DNA from: Piromyces finnis finn
Lineage: Eukaryota > Fungi > Neocallimastigomycota
DNA length: 64,000 bases
Assembly: GCA_002104945.1 (NCBI GenBank)
Contig: MCFH01000033.1
Span: forward strand, 1 to 64,000
Reading direction: 5' to 3'
The notes under the pieces are model-generated. The model was not told where the DNA came from and did no database searches. It was given only the letters and a program-made list of their open reading frames with translations. Positions 60,917-64,000 of the stretch are shown in pieces (the stretch's first letter is position 1; every line of letters starts with the position of its first letter). A program made the position numbers and the translations under genes.

Positions 60917-61782
60917 TTTTTTTATTGTTTATTTATTATTTATTATAAAATATGGTAGAATTAGTGAATAACTATTTTTTTTTTATTTTTATTTTTGTTT
61001 TTTTCCTTTTAACTAAACACACTTTTTTTTAAAGAAATAAAAACTTTTTTTTTAATTTTTGTTTAATTAAAAAACAAAAAAAGTGGTATTATTGGTTCAG
61101 CTAAAAAGTTTATTAATTAATTTGAAGATAAACTTTAAAAAATAAAGAAATTTTTTTTTTTTTTGCTTGCTTTTTGTGCTGATCTTTGCTTGTTGCTTAT
61201 TGCTTGTTGCTTGTTGATGTTAGAAGTAGTAAAAACTCAAATTTAAAAAGAAAATAATTAATAATAATAATTAATTTTTAAAGGTATTGAAAAAAGAAAA
61301 AAAAACATTTATATATACATCGACATAGATTTTCTTTTTTTATTAATGTTAACAAAAACAAAAAAAAAAGTATATATATAACTAAAAGGAGGATGATAAG
61401 TTTATACTAGAAAGAAAAATTTTATTCATTATGGTCTATTTATATTTATTTTATTATAGTTAACTTTTACAAATTCATTTAAATACTTTTTATATAATAG
61501 AAAGTTTTATAAAAATATTTTATTTTTGTATGAAAAAAAAGAAAGAGAAATTGGTTTATTAATATTCATCATAAAAAAAAAAAAAAGATTAAAATAAAAC
61601 ATTACTTTGTAATAGTAATGTTTTATAATAAAATAAATAATAAAATTTATATATAAAGCTTTACTTTATTTAAAAATAGTATATATTAATACTTTTTTCT
61701 ATGGAATATAAATTGGAATATGTCAATAAGATTCATAATTTTCATATAGGCTTTCTTTTTTTTTCTTAATTACTATTACTTT

Positions 61783-62033
61783 GACTATTACCGATTACTA
61801 TTACCGATTACTATTACCGATTACTATTACCGATTACTATTACCGATTACTATTACCGATTACTATTACTATTACTATTACTATTACTATTACTATTACT
61901 ATTACTATTACTATTACTATTACTATTACTATTACTATTACTATTACTATTACTATTACTATTACTATTACTATTACTATTACTATTACTATTACTATTA
62001 CTATTACTATTACTATTACTATTACTATTACTA
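61783..62033 (+). repeat. Compound repeat: 13-bp GATTACTATTACC x5 followed by (ATTACT)n
   Basis: Direct reading. Confidence 0.95.
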
Positions 62034-63433
62034 TATAATAATATCAATACATTATTATAACTAAAACTTTTTACTTGTATCTATAAAATTTTAAGAATTT
62101 CTATGAAATATCTTACTTTATAATTAAAAAAAAAGTGGTTTAATATTGTTTCCTTTTTTAGTTTTTTTTAAATATTAAAAGTATCCATGGTGAATTTAGT
62201 AAAAATAAATATTTAATAAAAAAAGCAACATTTCATTCTTTAGTTTTACATTAAACCTTTGCTATAATTTTTTTTATAATAATAATAAAATATTTTTATA
62301 GTTTTATGAAAAATATGAGTTAAAGTTTTAATTAAAAAAAAAAAGCTTGCTTTAAATGAGGATGGGTAAAAGTATTTAATAAATGTTTTATTTTCACTAC
62401 AATTCTTTATTATTAATGTCATTTTTATGGTTAATCTTTCCTTTTCAAAGAATAAAAAAAAAAATAAATATGATGTATTTCATTGGCACACTTTTGCCTA
62501 TCAATAATTTGAGGAATGCTTGTTAAAAATAGTTAGAATTTATCATTATAAACTGAGTCGCTCTACCATTACTTTTTTCATAAAAAATCAAGACTTTAAA
62601 TAATACACCAAGCAAATTTCTTTTTTTGTGGAAATTTGCTAAAAAGAGCATTGCAACCAAAATTCATTTTACCAGAATTTTTAGCCAACAGTTTTTTAAA
62701 CTCTACCACAACTTTTTAGCAACAATAAATTTTTTCCAATTACAACCAAAACCAAAACCAGAAAAAAAAATTCAAAAATTTGTCCAGAAAATTGGTTTTC
62801 ATTTATTTTTTAATTAAAATATTTATAATATATGTAATTATATATGTATTAATATATTAAATATAATTTGTAAATATATTACAAAATACTAATATTATGT
62901 TATTATATATTTTTATATAAATTTTTATATTATTTCATGGTTTGTATCACTTTTAAAATTAACCAATAGAATGAATCGAAAATTTCTTTTTTTACTTTTA
63001 ATTAAAAATTAATTAAAATAATATATTTTGTAAATGTTTTATTTCATTTTATTATTAATTAAGGTTTATTATTCTATTTCGTTTTAAAAAAAAATAAAAA
63101 TAATTAAAAAAAAATGGCATCATCAATTTTTTTTATGCCTCACCCATAAAAGAAAAATTGTAAAATTTCAATTTAAAAAAAATTTTTTATTATATATATA
63201 AATAATAAAAGAAAAGAAAAAAAAATTTTTTTTTTTTTTGAACATTTAAAAAAATAAACATTTAAAAAAAAAAAAAGTTAAAAAAGAAGTCATCGATTAT
63301 TTAATTAAAGAAAAAAAAATAAAAAACTTTTTTTTTTTGTTTACATCATTAATATAAAATTAAAATAAATTAAAATAATATAATATATAATATAAATATA
63401 AATATAAATATACATTTTATAAATAATATCAAA

Positions 63434-64000
63434 ATGAAATATTTATTACCAATTACTACTCTTGTAGCTTCTGCTTTATTAGCTACTAATGTTGAAGCTA
63501 GATGGCAAGCAACACCAGGTCATACCTGGGATTATCTTCTTGGTGCTGAAGAAAGCGTAATGTAAGAAAATCAAAAAAGAAAAAGATATATCTGCATATA
63601 TATAAATTTGAAATTAAATACAATCCATCTATCATCTATAAAATAATTAAATGGAACAATTATTATTATTATTATTTTTTTTTTGTTAAAAATATTTTTC
63701 TATATTATTGAAATTTCTGTATTATTAAAATAGTAAAGCAAGTAAACAAGATGTTGTCACTATTGATCTTGAAAAAGCTGAAAAATTTGTACCATACCTT
63801 CATAGTAGGGGTCAAAGAGCTATTTGTTATTTCTCTGGTGGTACCACTGAACATCGTGCTTACGATAGAGAAGCATACCAAAAATCTGGTCTTGCTTTAG
63901 GTGGTAATGGTGATGGTTGGGGTAACCAATGGCTTGATATTAGAAATAAAGCTAAACTTCAACCTTTAATTAGAAAACGTATGCAAAGAGCTCGTAGTTA
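63434..64000 (+). CDS. Secreted GH114-family (endo-alpha-1,4-polygalactosaminidase-like) protein, partial; exons 63434-63561 and 63734 to window end
   Basis: Signal peptide, TWDY, VVTIDL, RAICYFSGG, WLDIR..LI.KRM..A motifs; GTAAG/TAG intron in phase. Confidence 0.85.

Noticed and set aside
61781-62047. ORFs encoding (IT)n and (NS)n
   Set aside because: Microsatellite translations.
62626-62817. 63-aa ORF upstream of GH114
   Set aside because: TTG start, no motif, short; probably non-coding.

Overview
Extremely AT-rich, intron-containing eukaryotic DNA. Fungal dockerin (CBM10-type) repeats, an intron-rich GH9 and bacterial-type CAZyme families point to an anaerobic gut fungus (Neocallimastigomycota); this is an inference. 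Bases 3269-21651 are a three-level nest of Ty3/gypsy LTR retrotransposons. Chromovirus E3 (+) has non-chromodomain element E1 (-) inserted 10 bp into its 5' LTR (TSD GAAT), and intact chromovirus E2 (+) sits 4 bp from the end of E1's 5' LTR (TSD CTTAT). The best candidate for an undescribed system is that both chromovirus LTRs start with a tRNA-type Pol III promoter mimic (A-box and B-box at tRNA spacing, plus a covarying hairpin). Both nested insertions landed just upstream of that mimic, suggesting LTRs that carry their own landing pad. E2 and E3 also show Tf1-type self-priming with a compensatory base change, and E1 has a tRNA-Ala PBS and a -1 frameshift signal. The rest of the window holds secreted-protein genes: a lectin-like protein, a DUF6055-like zincin, and an inverted pair of DUF4353-like genes. 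It also holds a 7-exon gene (one 3-nt microexon) encoding a catalytically dead GH9 fused to ricin, GH43 and dockerins, a trio of Cys-repeat proteins, a partial GH114, several pseudogenes, and tandem repeats. All family assignments are from motif recognition, not database searches.
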